Below, piece after piece: positions 10,610 to 22,280 of a DNA stretch of 64,000 nt. Source of the stretch: Scyliorhinus canicula (lineage: Eukaryota); contig NC_052162.1 of the NCBI RefSeq assembly GCF_902713615.1, positions 114,818,742-114,882,741 of the forward strand, given 5' to 3'. The translations under genes were made by a program, and so were the position numbers. Position 1 is the first letter of the stretch. Every line of letters begins with the position of its first letter. Below the pieces are notes generated by a model that made no database searches, was not told the origin of the DNA, and worked only from the letters and a program-made list of their open reading frames with translations.

Positions 10610-11368
10610 ATGGAGAAACGGTGGAAATGTGGGGACTGTGGAAAGGGATTTAGGTTCCCATCTGTGCTTGAAACCCATCGACACAGTCACACCGGGGAGA
10701 GGCCGTTCACCTGCTCCGTGTCTGGGAAGGGATTCACTCAGTTGTTTCACCTGCGGAGACACAGTGTCACTCACACCAATGAGAGACCCTTTAAATGCTC
10801 TGACTGTGGGAGTGGCTTCAAAAGCTCTCGAGAACTGATCTCTCACCAGCGAGTTCACACTGAGGAAAGGCCGTTCACCTGCTCTGTGTGTGGAAAGGGA
10901 TTTGCTCACTTATCTAACCTGCGGAGACACAGTGTCACTCACACCAATGAGAGACCCTTTAAATGCTCTGACTGTGGGGGTGGCTTCAAAAGCTCTCGAG
11001 AACTGATCTCTCACCAGCGAGTTCACACTGGGGAGAGGCCGTTCACCTGCTCTGACTGTGGGAAGAGATTTTCTCAGTTATCCAACCTGCAGAGACATCA
11101 GCGAGTTCACACTGGGGAGAGGCCGTTCACCTGCTCTGACTGTGGGAAGGGATTCTCTCGGTTATCCAGCCTGCAGACACACCAGCGAGTTCACACTGGG
11201 GAGAAGCCGTTCGCCTGCTCTCAATGTGGGAAGGGATTCAGTCATCCATCCCACCTACGGAGCCACCAACGAGTTCACTCTGGGGAGAGGCCTTTCATCT
11301 GCTCTCAATGTGGGAAGGGATTTTGTGTTTCATCGCACCTGCTGAGACATCAACAAGTTCACAAGTGA
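10610..11368 (+). CDS. C2H2 zinc-finger protein ZNF-A2, 252 aa, 9 fingers (finger 2 has C>S)
   Basis: ATG at 10610 ([13 protein letters not shown]); open to TGA at 11368. Confidence 0.8.
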   Translation: MEKRWKCGDCGKGFRFPSVLETHRHSHTGERPFTCSVSGKGFTQLFHLRRHSVTHTNERPFKCSDCGSGFKSSRELISHQRVHTEERPFTCSVCGKGFAHLSNLRRHSVTHTNERPFKCSDCGGGFKSSRELISHQRVHTGERPFTCSDCGKRFSQLSNLQRHQRVHTGERPFTCSDCGKGFSRLSSLQTHQRVHTGEKPFACSQCGKGFSHPSHLRSHQRVHSGERPFICSQCGKGFCVSSHLLRHQQVHK

Positions 11369-11879
11369 ACAAGGGGTTGGATTCTGTTGTTAATATTTCT
11401 GCTCTTAATTACAGCCAGGACTGCATTGTGTTCATTCTGTCAGTTGGTCAATGGGGATGGTGGGAGGGTTTCCTTCTGCTGGACTGGCCGGTCTCACGAC
11501 TTTGCCTCCTGTGGGCTGATGCTCTTTGGGCCTTGTTGTGAATACCTGGTTCCAAGTTTCACGAGGACCAGAGACTGAAAGGGTATTTGGATGTTGGAAG
11601 TTATTTTGTTCCCATTCCTGATTGGAAACCTCCAAAGCAGCCACATTGCCATGAAGATGGGCTATGGTGGTTACATGATTCTTTTGTTTAATTTATCTGG
11701 GTGTTTCTCAAAGAAGGCAACTGTCAAGGTATGAGGGACAAGTTGTGACACATTGGGAACTTATAGTAAAAAGTGTGACAATAGATAGACAATTGCTGGC
11801 ATTTAAAATATTAGTACATATTTACATCAAATATAAATTCCTTTTAGAAATAAAAATCCACAGGAAATGTGATGGAAAC

Positions 11880-12885
11880 GTGGCAAGCAAAGTTTAAGAT
11901 TCACATTAGTTCAAAGGAAGAGGTTCAGAAAGTGGGTAAGAGTGTAGTAAGCCTGAGGATTGGGAACTTCTTTAGAATTCAGCAAAGGCGGACCAAGAAA
12001 CTGATGATGAGGAATTAGAATATGAGAGCAAACTCAGAATACTCAACATGGATTTAGGAATAGGAAATCATGTTTGACGAACGTTTTGGAGTTTTTGAGG
12101 ATGTCACTAACAGAATTGATCAAGGGGAGTCCGTGGACGTGGTACACTTGGAGTTTCAGGATGTTCTTTGATAAATACCCCACAGGAGGTTAGTTAGCAA
12201 AATGAAAGCACACATGTGATAGGAGGTAATATACCGATGCTGCAGTGGCTAGCCCTGTTGCCTACGGCGCTGAGGACCCAGGTTCGATCCTGTCCCCAGG
12301 TCACTGTCCGTGTGGAGTTTGCACATTCTCCCTGTGTCTGCGTGGGTCTCACCCCATCAACCCAAAGATGTGCAGGGTAGGTGGATTGGTCATGCTAAAT
12401 TGCCCCTTAATTGGGTACTCTAAATTTAATTTTAAAAATGTAGATACTCTGCCATTTTTCTATTCCCACTACTATAAATTCTCCTGTCTCTCCCTGTAAT
12501 GGACCCATGTTTGTCTTAGCCATATATTTCCTTTTTACGTACCTATAGAAGCTTTTACAGTCCACACAGCAACTACTGTTTGGTGGTCTATAAACAACTC
12601 TTACCAATGTTTGCTGCCCTCTGCTGTTTCTTAGCTCCACCCAAACAGTTTCCACATTTTGTATTCCTGAGCTGAGATCCTCCCTTACGTACTGACATCA
12701 TCCTAGTTATCGGCGAAGCACCGCCTCCTTTTCCTTTTTGCCCGCAGTATTAACAAACATAATGATCAGACCTTCAGGCCCAGCACCAATCCCTGTGACA
12801 GATCGCTCGTTGCATCTTGCCAACCAGAAAATGACCTATTTATGCCGACTCTCGGTTTTCTGGTAGCTTGCCAATCATTCACTGT
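11880..12885. mobile_element. Mixed CR1 fragments (+ and -) with an A-tailed short SINE at about 12240-12440
   Basis: SCLTNxLEFFEDVT-like segment on +; ETVWVELRNSRGQQTLVxVVYRPPNS (CR1 endonuclease) on -. Confidence 0.7.
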
Positions 12886-13195
12886 GAAAGACAGTTCTGG
12901 GGTTAAAGCCTGCAGATTGGGAAAAGAAAAGAACTGAAACCTCTGGAATGAATAATCACTTTGGACTGGTTCTGAGACAATTAAGTTTCAACTTCTGGGG
13001 TAGAGTCAAGAATAATTGTGGAGTGATTTTAGATTGTGTAAAAGGGAAAAGTTATATTTTATACTTTGTAGGTTTCCTTCAAAAATAGTGGTTAGTTAAC
13101 GTTGATTCTATTTTGTTTGTTGCAGCAAAAGTCATAAAGACTTCTTGTCATGTGATCCTTTAATTTGTTGACTGGGAATTTGATTTTTTAAATAT

Positions 13196-13532
13196 TAGAA
13201 CATAGAACAGTACAGCACAGAACAGGCCCTTCTGCCCTCGATGTTGTGCCGAGCAATGATCACCCTACTCAAACCCACGTATCCACCCTATACCCGTAAC
13301 CCAACAACCCGCCCCCAAACCTTATTTTTTAGGACACTACGGGCAATTTAGCATGGCCAATCCACCTAACCCGCACATCTTTGGACTGTGGGAGGAAACC
13401 GGAGCACCCGGAGGAAACCCACGCACAAACAGGGAGGACGTGCAGACTCCACACAGTGACCCAGCCGGGAACCGAACCTGGGACCCTGGAGCTGTGAAGC
13501 ATGTATGCTAACCACCATGCTACCGTGCTGCT
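13196..13532 (-). mobile_element. HE1-type V-SINE
   Basis: TAGAACATAGAAC tail, V-core and tRNA-like head. Confidence 0.85.
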
Positions 13533-14156
13533 GTTAGTTACTGATCTTTACAGAGATCCTAATCCACAAGTTTTGACTTCCCATTTGAGCCTCGGGTACC
13601 TTTCTGTCTCTATTGCTCATGTCAATGACAGCCAGGCAATGGAGCTGAGGACTGAATTCAGCTGGGACCTGCGCTCCAGTTGGGAAATTGCCACGGGTGT
13701 GACACTAATAAAGAGACAGGAAGGTTCTGGAGAACTGACTGGAAAATGGACCCCCAACCATCAGGGTTCGGCGGTGGGGTAACTGGGCTGATGGGGACGT
13801 GACCCCCAGGTTCAGTGCTCCTGAGTCCAATGTGGGAGTCACGGGAGCAGGGTACGGGGAGCTGAAGAGAAACATTTGGGTCTAGAACATTGTGAACATG
13901 TTTTTATTCTGGTTATTCTTTTACTCTGGTTGTCTTTGATCCTCAAGTCATTTTCTGATTTTTTTTAACCCATGTTCTGTTTCATTAATAAACTTGTTTC
14001 ATTAAAAATAATTGTTTTTTTTGTCTTTTTCTGATTAAATTCATTCACTTTGGAGAAAGTGGGTGAGAGGGGTTGGCAGGCTCTTTAACAGAGACTGAGC
14101 CCCTCCAAGGTAATTAGTAAAGGAGCCAGAGGGGTAGAGATTTGATTTTTATTTTA

Positions 14157-14483
14157 AACATAGACATAGAACAGCACAGAACAGGCCCTTCGGCCCTCGA
14201 TATTGTGCCGAGCAATGATCACCCTACTTTAAACCCACGTAACCCGTATACCCGTAACCCAACAATCCCCCCATTAACCTTACACTACGGGCAATTTAGC
14301 ATGGCCAATCCACCTAACCCGCACATCTTTGGACTGTGGGAGGAAACCGGAGCACCCGGAGGAAACCCACGCACACACAGGGAGGACGTGCAGACTCCAC
14401 ACAGACAGTGACCCAGCCGGGAATCGAACCTGGGACCCTGGAGCTGTGAAGCATTGATGCTAACCACCATGCTACCGTGAGGC
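14157..14483 (-). mobile_element. HE1-type V-SINE
   Basis: Same tail, V-core and head as 13196-13532. Confidence 0.85.
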
Positions 14484-14499
14484 CGAATGTTTCACAATG

Positions 14500-15812
14500 A
14501 CACACAATGGTTCAAAATGAGATTCCGGGATGAACTAATTTGATCCAGGCTCTTTGAGGAAGTAACACGGAATGTCAATAAAGGGGAACCTGGAGATGTG
14601 GTTTATCTAGATTTCCAGAAGGTATTTTCCAAGGGGCCACATCAAAGGTCACTGCACAAAATAGGAGCTCATTGTGGGGGGGTTAACATATCAGCATGGA
14701 TAGAGGATTGGTTAGCTAACAGGAAGCAGAGAGGGGGTATAAATGGGTAATTTCTGGGTTGGTGAGATGTGACAAGTGGAGTGTCACAGGGATCAGTGCT
14801 GGGCCCTCAACTATTTACAATCTATATTAATGAGTTGGGTGATGGGATTGAATGTATGGCGGCTAAATTTTCTGATGATGCAAAGAGAGTTCAGAAAGTA
14901 ATTTGTGAAGTGGACATAAGGAGTCTGCAAAGGACATTAAGTGAATGGACAAAAACTTGACAGATGGAGGATAACGTGGGAAAATGTGAATTGTCCAGTT
15001 TGGCAGGAAGGATTAAATAAAACAATATCATTTAAATGGTGAGACATTGCAGAACGATGAGGTACAGAGGGATCTGGGTGTCATTGTACAAGAATCACAA
15101 TAAGTTAGTTTGCAGGTATAGCCAGTGGCTCGATCGAGTCCTTGAACAGTTTAATCAGGCTTTATCGAGTGAGTTGAAATCACTTGGGAAGGTCAATGGA
15201 ATATTATGTATATGGCAAAGGGACTGGAATATAAAAGTCGGGATGTTTTGCTGCAGTTGTACAGGGCCTTGGTGAGACCATATTTAGAGCACTGTGTACA
15301 GTTTGGGTCTCCTTATTTCAGAAATGAGATAGTTGCATTAGAAGCAGTTCAGAGGAGGTTGACTCCCCGGATTCCTGGAATGAGGGGATTATCCTCTGAG
15401 GAAAGGATTGACAGGTTGGGCCTGTATCCATTGCAGTTTAGAAGAATGAGAGGGGATCTCATGTGTTTCAATAAGATCATGAGTGGAACTGACAGATTGC
15501 TGAGAGAATGTTTCCCCTTGTGGCAGAGACTAGAATTCGGGAACACTGCTTAAAAATTAGGGGATCTTCCAATTTAAAAGATGGATGAGAATATTGTTTT
15601 TCACCTGAGGGCCGTGGGTCTGTGAATCTCTCTTTCCCAGGGAGTGCTGGAGGCAGGGTCAGTGAATATGATTTTGGATTGAATTTGATAGGTTCTTGAT
15701 TGACGAGGGAGTGAAAGGGTGGAGGAAGGAAAGTGGAGTTAAGACCACAATCAGATCAGCCCTGATCTTATTGAATGGTGGAGCAGGCTCGAGGGGCCGA
15801 ATGGCCTGTTCC
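14500..15812 (+). mobile_element. Decayed CR1 LINE, RT domain to 3' end
   Basis: SGVSQGSVLGPQLFTIYIN, KFSDDAK, LYRALVRPYLEHCVQF. Confidence 0.85.
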
Positions 15813-16810
15813 TGTGTCTGAGCAGTAATATCAAAGAGCAGCAGCATTCCCATTACACTCTGGGTAGAAGCACCAACTCCAGGTAAATGCTCCCTGCTCT
15901 GCCCCAGATTCCATGGTCCCAGTCAGTGGAAGATGTAAAACCTCAACAAATCTCTGTGCTCAGGGAATCCCTTCTTATACTTTATTACATCACAAAGTCT
16001 ATGGAGACTGATTTAACCCAATCATTGCTGAGCTATCATTTGAACGGACCAATTACAAAGCCTGTCATTGAACCATCTGTACCCACCCAAACCACGTCAA
16101 ACTCTCAAACAATTGTCTTCCCCACGCTCCGTCCCCAGGACAGGGAGTCAGCATTCCTATGCCAAGCAGTGAAAACATGGTGGCCTTGACACCCAGGTGT
16201 TGTCTAGGATTCCAGGCACTCTTGTTTTCTCTGTCCTCTGGGAGCTGTTTATCTCCCTGTTCCCACACAGCAAGTTGTCTGTTCTCAGCTCTGCTCAATT
16301 TCTGCTGGAGTTTGGTCCCTTTTACACCTTTCAGATCAATAAAACATTTGGTCAGTGAAGACCCAAACCACAATTTCCCATCCTGACACCTGTCAACCAT
16401 TCTTACCCAGAGCGTAATCACAACAGGAATAAAAACAGGGGAAGTGCAACAATCAAATTCAAAATAAATCCACAGCCAGTCATAGAATTTAATTTAATGT
16501 TCACTAATTAGCAATAAAACCCGCAGCAGGGAGTCCCCCAGGATTCTTACAGTCCACACCTTGAGGGGGAGAACTCTCTCCAACCCCTCACTCAATTTCA
16601 CTCCATTATTTTCCAGTTCTGTTCTGGCTCCACCTGGGGTAATATCTACTTGATAATTTCTTCTCCTGAAGGAGCGCCGTGAGTTCTAGGTCACTGGTAC
16701 ATAAGGACAGATGCTTCAAGCAACTTATCAAGCATGGATGTAAAAGATTCCCCAGCTCTCTCTTCCCCTATCTAACTGGTGGACAGTTCTTACTCACTAT
16801 TACTTCTCAG
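15813..16810. repeat. About 1-kb segment duplicated at 28582-29550; contains an LTR-like part (about 15933-16372, minus)
   Basis: Near-identical by eye, with paralogous spurious ORFs 16065-16421 and 28818-29126; TG..CA ends, AATAAA and a purine-rich stretch just before TG on minus. Confidence 0.8.
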
Positions 16811-16824
16811 AGGCCCTTTATTGT

Positions 16825-17595
16825 CCCAATCGAAGTTTTCACCGCTGGCTTGGCCCAGCATTTATTGGCCATTCCTCGATGCCCTTGAGAAGGTGGTGGT
16901 GAGCTTCCTTCTTGCATCACTGCAGTTCTTGTGGTGCTGATACATCCACTGTGCTGTTAGAGATGGAGTTCCAGGACCCAGCGACAGTGAAGGAACGCCG
17001 ATATATTTACAAATCAGGATGGTGTGGGGTTTTGGGGGGGGGGGGGGGGGGGGAGAGAGAAACTCCCAGGTGGTGGTGTTTCTTTGTGTCTGCTGTCCTT
17101 GTCCTATATGGTAGTGGTCATGGGTTTGGAAGGTACTCTCTGAGGAGCCTTGGTGAGTTCCTGCTGTGCATCTTGTAGATGGTACACACACTGCTGCTAC
17201 TGTGCCTTGGTGGTGGAGGGAGTGAATGTTTGTGGGTCGGGTGCCAATGAGGTGATTTGCATTGTCCTGGATGGTGTTGAGCTTCTTGAATGTTGGAGCT
17301 GTACTCAGCCAGGTAACTGGAGAATGTTCCACCACATTTCTGACTTTTAGATGGTGGACAGGCTTTGGGGAGTCAGGAGGTGAGTGACTCACAGCAGGAT
17401 TCCCAGCCTCTGACCTACTCTTGTAGCCACAGTATTTATATGGCTGGTTTGCTTCAGTTTCTGGTCAATGGTAACCCCCAAGATGTTGACAGTGGGGAAA
17501 TTCAGTGATGGTAATGCCATTAAATGTCAAAGGGAGGTGGTGAGATGGAGGTGGTCATTGCCTGGCATTTGTGAGGCTCAAATGTTACCTGCAGG
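16825..17595 (-). mobile_element. L2/CR1-group LINE 3' fragment (second family)
   Basis: VRNVVEHSPVTWLSTAPT.KKLNTIQD..NIHSLHH..TVAAVC; a similar RT piece at 38820-39115. Confidence 0.7.
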
Positions 17596-17699
17596 ACTGC
17601 TGAGCTTAGTTCTGATCCATTGGTGGTGGGATTGTTTAGCTCGGTCTAATACGTGCTGCTTATGATGTTTGGCATGCAAATAGTCCAGTTTCATTCATA

Positions 17700-17948
17700 A
17701 TAACACTGCTTCCTCACAGCATTGAGGACCCGGGTTCGATTCTAGCCTTATGTGACTGTCTGTTTCCATGTTCTCTCCCTGGGTTTCCTCCAGACCCTCC
17801 ATTCCTTCCACAGTCCAAAGATGTGCAGGTTAAGTGGGCTTATAAGGATAGGGCAGGGGAATGGACCCAGGTAGCGTGCTATTGGGAGGGTTGCTGCAGA
17901 CATGGTGGGTCGAATAGCCTCTTTCTGCACTGTACAGATTCTATTCTT
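17700..17948 (+). mobile_element. Decayed HE1-type SINE
   Basis: B box, CCCACAGTCCAAAGATGTGCAGG-like core and tail. Confidence 0.7.
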
Positions 17949-17994
17949 TGGCTTAGACTTCCTCGTGATTTCTTACAAATCAGTGCTGGGCCAT

Positions 17995-18260
17995 TTCAGG
18001 TGATATTTAAGAGTCACCACATTGCTGTGGACCTGGAGTTACATGTAGGCCAGACATTGTAGGGACGGCACATTTCCTTCCCTAAAGGACATTTGTGAAC
18101 AATAATTGAGAATGATTTCATGGTCTTCATTAGACTTGTAGTTCCAGATTTTAATTGATTGATCTACGTTGGTGGAATTTGATCCCGTGACCTCTGAGCA
18201 TGAACCTGGGTCTCTGGATTAGAATTCCAGTGACAATTCCACTCAGACACGGCATTCCTT
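17995..18260 (-). mobile_element. SINE-like repeat; second copy at about 20145-20455 (+), which shares its tail with the LINE at 16825-17595
   Basis: TGTCCTTTAGGGAAGGAAAT..GGCCTACATGTGACTCCAG core; AGGGCAATTAGGGATGGGCAATAAATGCTGG-type tail at 20405-20440. Confidence 0.6.
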
Positions 18261-18652
18261 AAATACTCGCCCTCAACTGCCTAGATCACTTAATGTCGTT
18301 TCCCAATCTATCACTGCTAACAGACTCAATCCTGTGAGAAACACCCAGAGAAATTAAACAGAAGAACATCGAATGATCACAGCTCATCTCCATGGCAACC
18401 CAGCGTGCTTTGGGGAGTCCCAGTTTTAAACTCTATCTTTTACATTCCAAAATGTTCTGTGATCCATTTAAAATATTAAATTAGAAACTCACAACAATTC
18501 TCAAACAAACATAAACCTACAGGAAGCAAAGTCACGAGAATGGCCTGTTCTTCAGAAAGAGAACTACTGACCCTCCCAACAATCAGAATGAACATAGTTC
18601 AGTCCTGGAAGAGATCAACAGCAGCAGGAACTGTAAAATCCAAAATCTGTAA

Positions 18653-19495
18653 TCACTTGTGACCTTTCTGGTGTCTCCGCAGGCTGGATGACTGAATGTA
18701 TCCCTTCCCACACACACAGCAGGTGAATGGCTTCTCCCCAGTGTGAACATGTTGGTGTGTCAGCAGGTTAGATGACTTAGTGAATCCCATCCCACATTCT
18801 GAGCAGATGAATGGCCTCTCGCCCTTGTGAACCCGCTGGTGTATCAGCAGGGTGAATGATTCACTGAATCCCTTCCTACACATGGTGCAGATGAATGGCC
18901 TCTCTCCAGTGTGAACCCGCTGGTGTGACAGCAGATGGGATAACTGACTGAATCGCTTATCACACTCGGAGCAGGGGAATGGTCTCTCCCCGGTGTGAAT
19001 GCGCTGGTGTGTCTGTAGGCTGCATAACCGACTGAATCCCTTCCCACACGCAGTGCAGGTGAACGGCTTCTCCCCATTATGAACTCGCTTGTGTGTCAGC
19101 AGGTTCCATGAGGTAGTGAATCCTTTTCCACACTCCGAGCAGGTGAATGGCCTCTCCCTGGTGTGAACCTGCTGGTGTCTCAAGAGGTGGGATAACTGAG
19201 AGAATCTCTTCTCACACTCAGAGCAGGTGAACGGCCTCTCGCCGGTGTGAACTCGCTGGTGTGTCTGCATGTGGGATAAATGAGCGAATCCCTTCCCACA
19301 GTCAGAGCAGGTGAATGGCCTCTCTCCAGTGTGAACTCGCTGGTGTGTCTGTAGGTTGCATAAATGAGCAAATCCCTTCCCACAGTCAAAGCAGGTGAAT
19401 GGCCTCTCCCCAGTGTGAATACGTCGATGAGTTTCCAGCTCAGACGGGAATCGACATTCCTTCCCACAGTCCCCACATTTCCATGATTTATCCAT
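18653..19495 (-). CDS. C2H2 zinc-finger protein ZNF-B1, 280 aa, 10 fingers
   Basis: Intact [15 protein letters not shown]...HQKGHK; exon-3 acceptor near 19866; intact exon-1 donor at 21243. Confidence 0.85.
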   Translation of the reverse strand: MDKSWKCGDCGKECRFPSELETHRRIHTGERPFTCFDCGKGFAHLCNLQTHQRVHTGERPFTCSDCGKGFAHLSHMQTHQRVHTGERPFTCSECEKRFSQLSHLLRHQQVHTRERPFTCSECGKGFTTSWNLLTHKRVHNGEKPFTCTACGKGFSRLCSLQTHQRIHTGERPFPCSECDKRFSQLSHLLSHQRVHTGERPFICTMCRKGFSESFTLLIHQRVHKGERPFICSECGMGFTKSSNLLTHQHVHTGEKPFTCCVCGKGYIQSSSLRRHQKGHK

Positions 19496-20481
19496 GATGC
19501 TGGTGTCTTTATGTCTCTCTAAGTTCAGCGATCAGCTGAAGGCCTGTCCACACATACAAGACGGGCAATGTCTTTCCCTGATCTAAAGTATGTCAAGTTT
19601 TTTTTCAAGCTGTGTAACACTTTAAAACTCTATCCAAAATTAGTGCACTGGAACAGTCTCAATCGGGTTTGTATGTCTTGGTGCTTTTCCAGTCACATTA
19701 AGGTGTCAACTCTTTGGAGGTAAACCAAACAGACAAACATTTCTCCTTCTCGATTCAAAGATCGACGATCATTGGGTCCTGATGAATTGAGTGACTGAGT
19801 CAGATCTTGACATGAGGTTTGGATTGACATGACGATCAGTAAATCCATTCTCACCTTCTCATCTCCTGTAAAAGGAATTTGCAAATGTCAATACAAGGTA
19901 GAACAAACAATCCTAGTTGCTATGCCACATTCCTTCCTCTCTATTTTTCATTCTTTTATGGTACCTGGGCTGGGCCACGATATTTTCCCATTCCTATTCG
20001 CCCATCAGAAGCTGGTTGTGAGCTGCCTTCCTGAAGCTCAGGAGTTGGACTCGACCATTTTGTCCATCAAACATTTTGCAAATCCTCTCCCACTCCCTCA
20101 GCTGACAGCCCAGCATGCGGGCACACAGTATTAAAACTAATGACTGGCCTAATAATCCAGAGACCCAAGTTAACGCTCTGAATTGCACCATTACAGACAG
20201 TGAAATTAGAACTGCATAAAAATATGGGATTAAGTCTAATGATAACCATGAAATAATTGTTGAATATTGTAAAAATCCGGTTCAATGTCCTTTCGAGGGG
20301 AAATCTGCTGTCCTTACCCAGTTTGGCCTACATGTGACTCCAGATTCACTGTAATGTGGTTGACTTTAAATGCCCTCTGAAATGGCAGAGCAAGCCACTC
20401 AGGTCAAGGGTAATTAGGGATGGGCAATAAATGCTGGCCCAGCTCACATCCCATTAATTAATTTTCAAAATGTACTTTATT

Positions 20482-20708
20482 AGGGCAGCACGGTGGCCTA
20501 GTGGTTAGCACAACCGGCTCACGGCGCTGAGGTCCCAGGTTCGATCCCGGCTCTGGGTCACTGTCCGTGTGGAGTTTGCACGTTCTCCCCGTGTCTGCGT
20601 GGGTTTCGCCCCCGCAACCCAAAAATGTGCAGAGTAGGTGGATTGGCCACGCTAAATTGCCCCTTAATTGGAAAAAATAATTGGCTAATCTCAATTTATT
20701 TTTTAAAA
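20482..20708 (+). mobile_element. A-tailed short SINE lacking the V-core
   Basis: GGGCAGCACGGTGG head, AT-rich tail, flanking AAAATGTACT duplication. Confidence 0.85.
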
Positions 20709-20952
20709 ATGTACTGTACTGGAGAATCAGAATAATTTAGTTTGTATCTACAACACTGCACATCCCCAAATCCATCAAACATTTGGGAAAGTCCCCTCCC
20801 CGACTCCACTCCCTCGGCTGGCAGCCCAGCGCACAGGTGCATAAAGAGTACATATTACAATAGTAAAGAAAATAAATGTACTTTACTGGAGAATCTTCTG
20901 GGACATACCAAATAAAACTACACTTATTCAAGACATGTCCTACTTTATTATA

Positions 20953-21128
20953 CAGCACCAGGTTAAAGTCCAACAGGTTATTTGGGACTCACTAGCTTTC
21001 AGAGCACTGCTCCTTCCTCAGGTGAGTAATGAAGGACTTCAAATAAACCTGTTGGAGTTTAACCTGGTGTTGTATGGCTTCTAATTGTGTACACGCCAGT
21101 CCAGCGCCAACATCTTCACATCATGGCT
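20953..21128. mobile_element. Palindromic Penelope-derived element with a hammerhead core at 20988-21027 (minus)
   Basis: Inverted CACCAGGTTAAAGTCCAACAGGTT / AACCTGTTGGAGTTTAACCTGGTG; ACTCAC-CTGAGGA-AGGAGC-AGT-GCTCT-GAAA-GC-TA-GTGAGT. Confidence 0.75.
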
Positions 21129-21139
21129 ACTTTATTATA

Positions 21140-22280
21140 GTTTGCACCCTCCCTGGATTCACTTCCTTTGCTGCAAGTGACCAATTGAAGGTGAGAATGA
21201 GAAAAGAAATGGAAAGGGGGAGAAAAGAAAGTGTTTTACTCACAGATGTTGGAGAGAGGAGGATGTTTCAGTCTGTGAGGCTAGAGGAGCAGCAGCTTTG
21301 CTGGACAGACAGTGGAGGAACCTCCATGCAGCCATTGGTACAAATCCCGGACTCTGATTGGCTGGAGGACTATAGCGCTTCAAGTCCTTTACGGATTTCT
21401 ATTGGTTGCTCCGCTTCATGGCAACTATCAGGGGTGGCCCCAGCTCACATGGGGGCGGGGTGGACTTTATCTCACATTGCTCTGAGTTGGTGTCCAATCC
21501 GCAGTATCTTGCTTCTGTAACCACAGATATCGCTCCCAATGGAACTGTACTGATGATAATAATCGCTTATTGGTACAATTAGGCTTCAGTGAAGTTACTG
21601 TGAAAAGCCCCTAGTCGCCACATTCCGGCGCCTGTACAGGGAGGACGGTACGGGAATTGAACTGGTGCTGCTGGCCTTGTTCTGCATTACAAGCCAGCTG
21701 TTTAGCCTACTGTGCTAAACCAGCCCCGTGTGAGGGGACGCCCCTGAGTCATTGTGACGTCAATATAGTGACCTACCAGAATCAGCCAATAGGAATCATA
21801 CCTCTACGGTGACCCCCTCCGGCTTCCAGTGCGCGGGCCCCGAACGTGGACACGGAAGCCCCGCCCCCACCATTTGCTTCCCCTCCTCCAGGTTTCCAGG
21901 CAACTGGCTGACGCTCCGGCCAGAACGAGAAGCCGCTCCGTGATCTCAATGTCCTGGCCTGGAACTGACAATGGCCAAGAGAGAGGTGAAACTGCGCATG
22001 TGCGGGGGAGCGCCCACCCCATGACCTTCCTGCTGAGGTATTGACCAATGGCAAGTGTCGGAGGAGCGGAATGACTCGGGTCCTCCAGCCAATCAGCGCA
22101 GTCTTTGTGTCAATGAAGATTGAGCTTCACACAGACTGAAACCTCCTCCTGTCTCCAACATCTCTCAGTAAAACACTTTCTTTTCTCCCCCATTCCATTT
22201 CTTTTCTCATTCTCACCTTCAATGGGTGACTTGCAGCAACTGAAGGGAAAGGAAGTGAATCCAGGGAGGGTGCAGACTCT
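21140..22280. promoter_or_regulatory. Putative bidirectional CpG-rich promoter B with two inverted exon-1 modules
   Basis: Arms 21140-21280 and 22125-22280 are inverted homologs; ATTGG at 21357 and 21401; CCAAT at 22045 and 22089; GC box at about 21451; TGACGTCA at about 21755; GTTTCCAGGCAAC at about 21892; TGCGCATGTGCG at about 21993. Confidence 0.7.
21558..21727 (-). mobile_element. tRNA-derived short SINE inserted in promoter B
   Basis: Same family as 2292-2460. Confidence 0.85.

Noticed and set aside
10412-11541. Alternate-frame and antisense ORFs over finger arrays ([10 protein letters not shown]-type)
   Set aside because: Standard shadow frames of C2H2 repeats.
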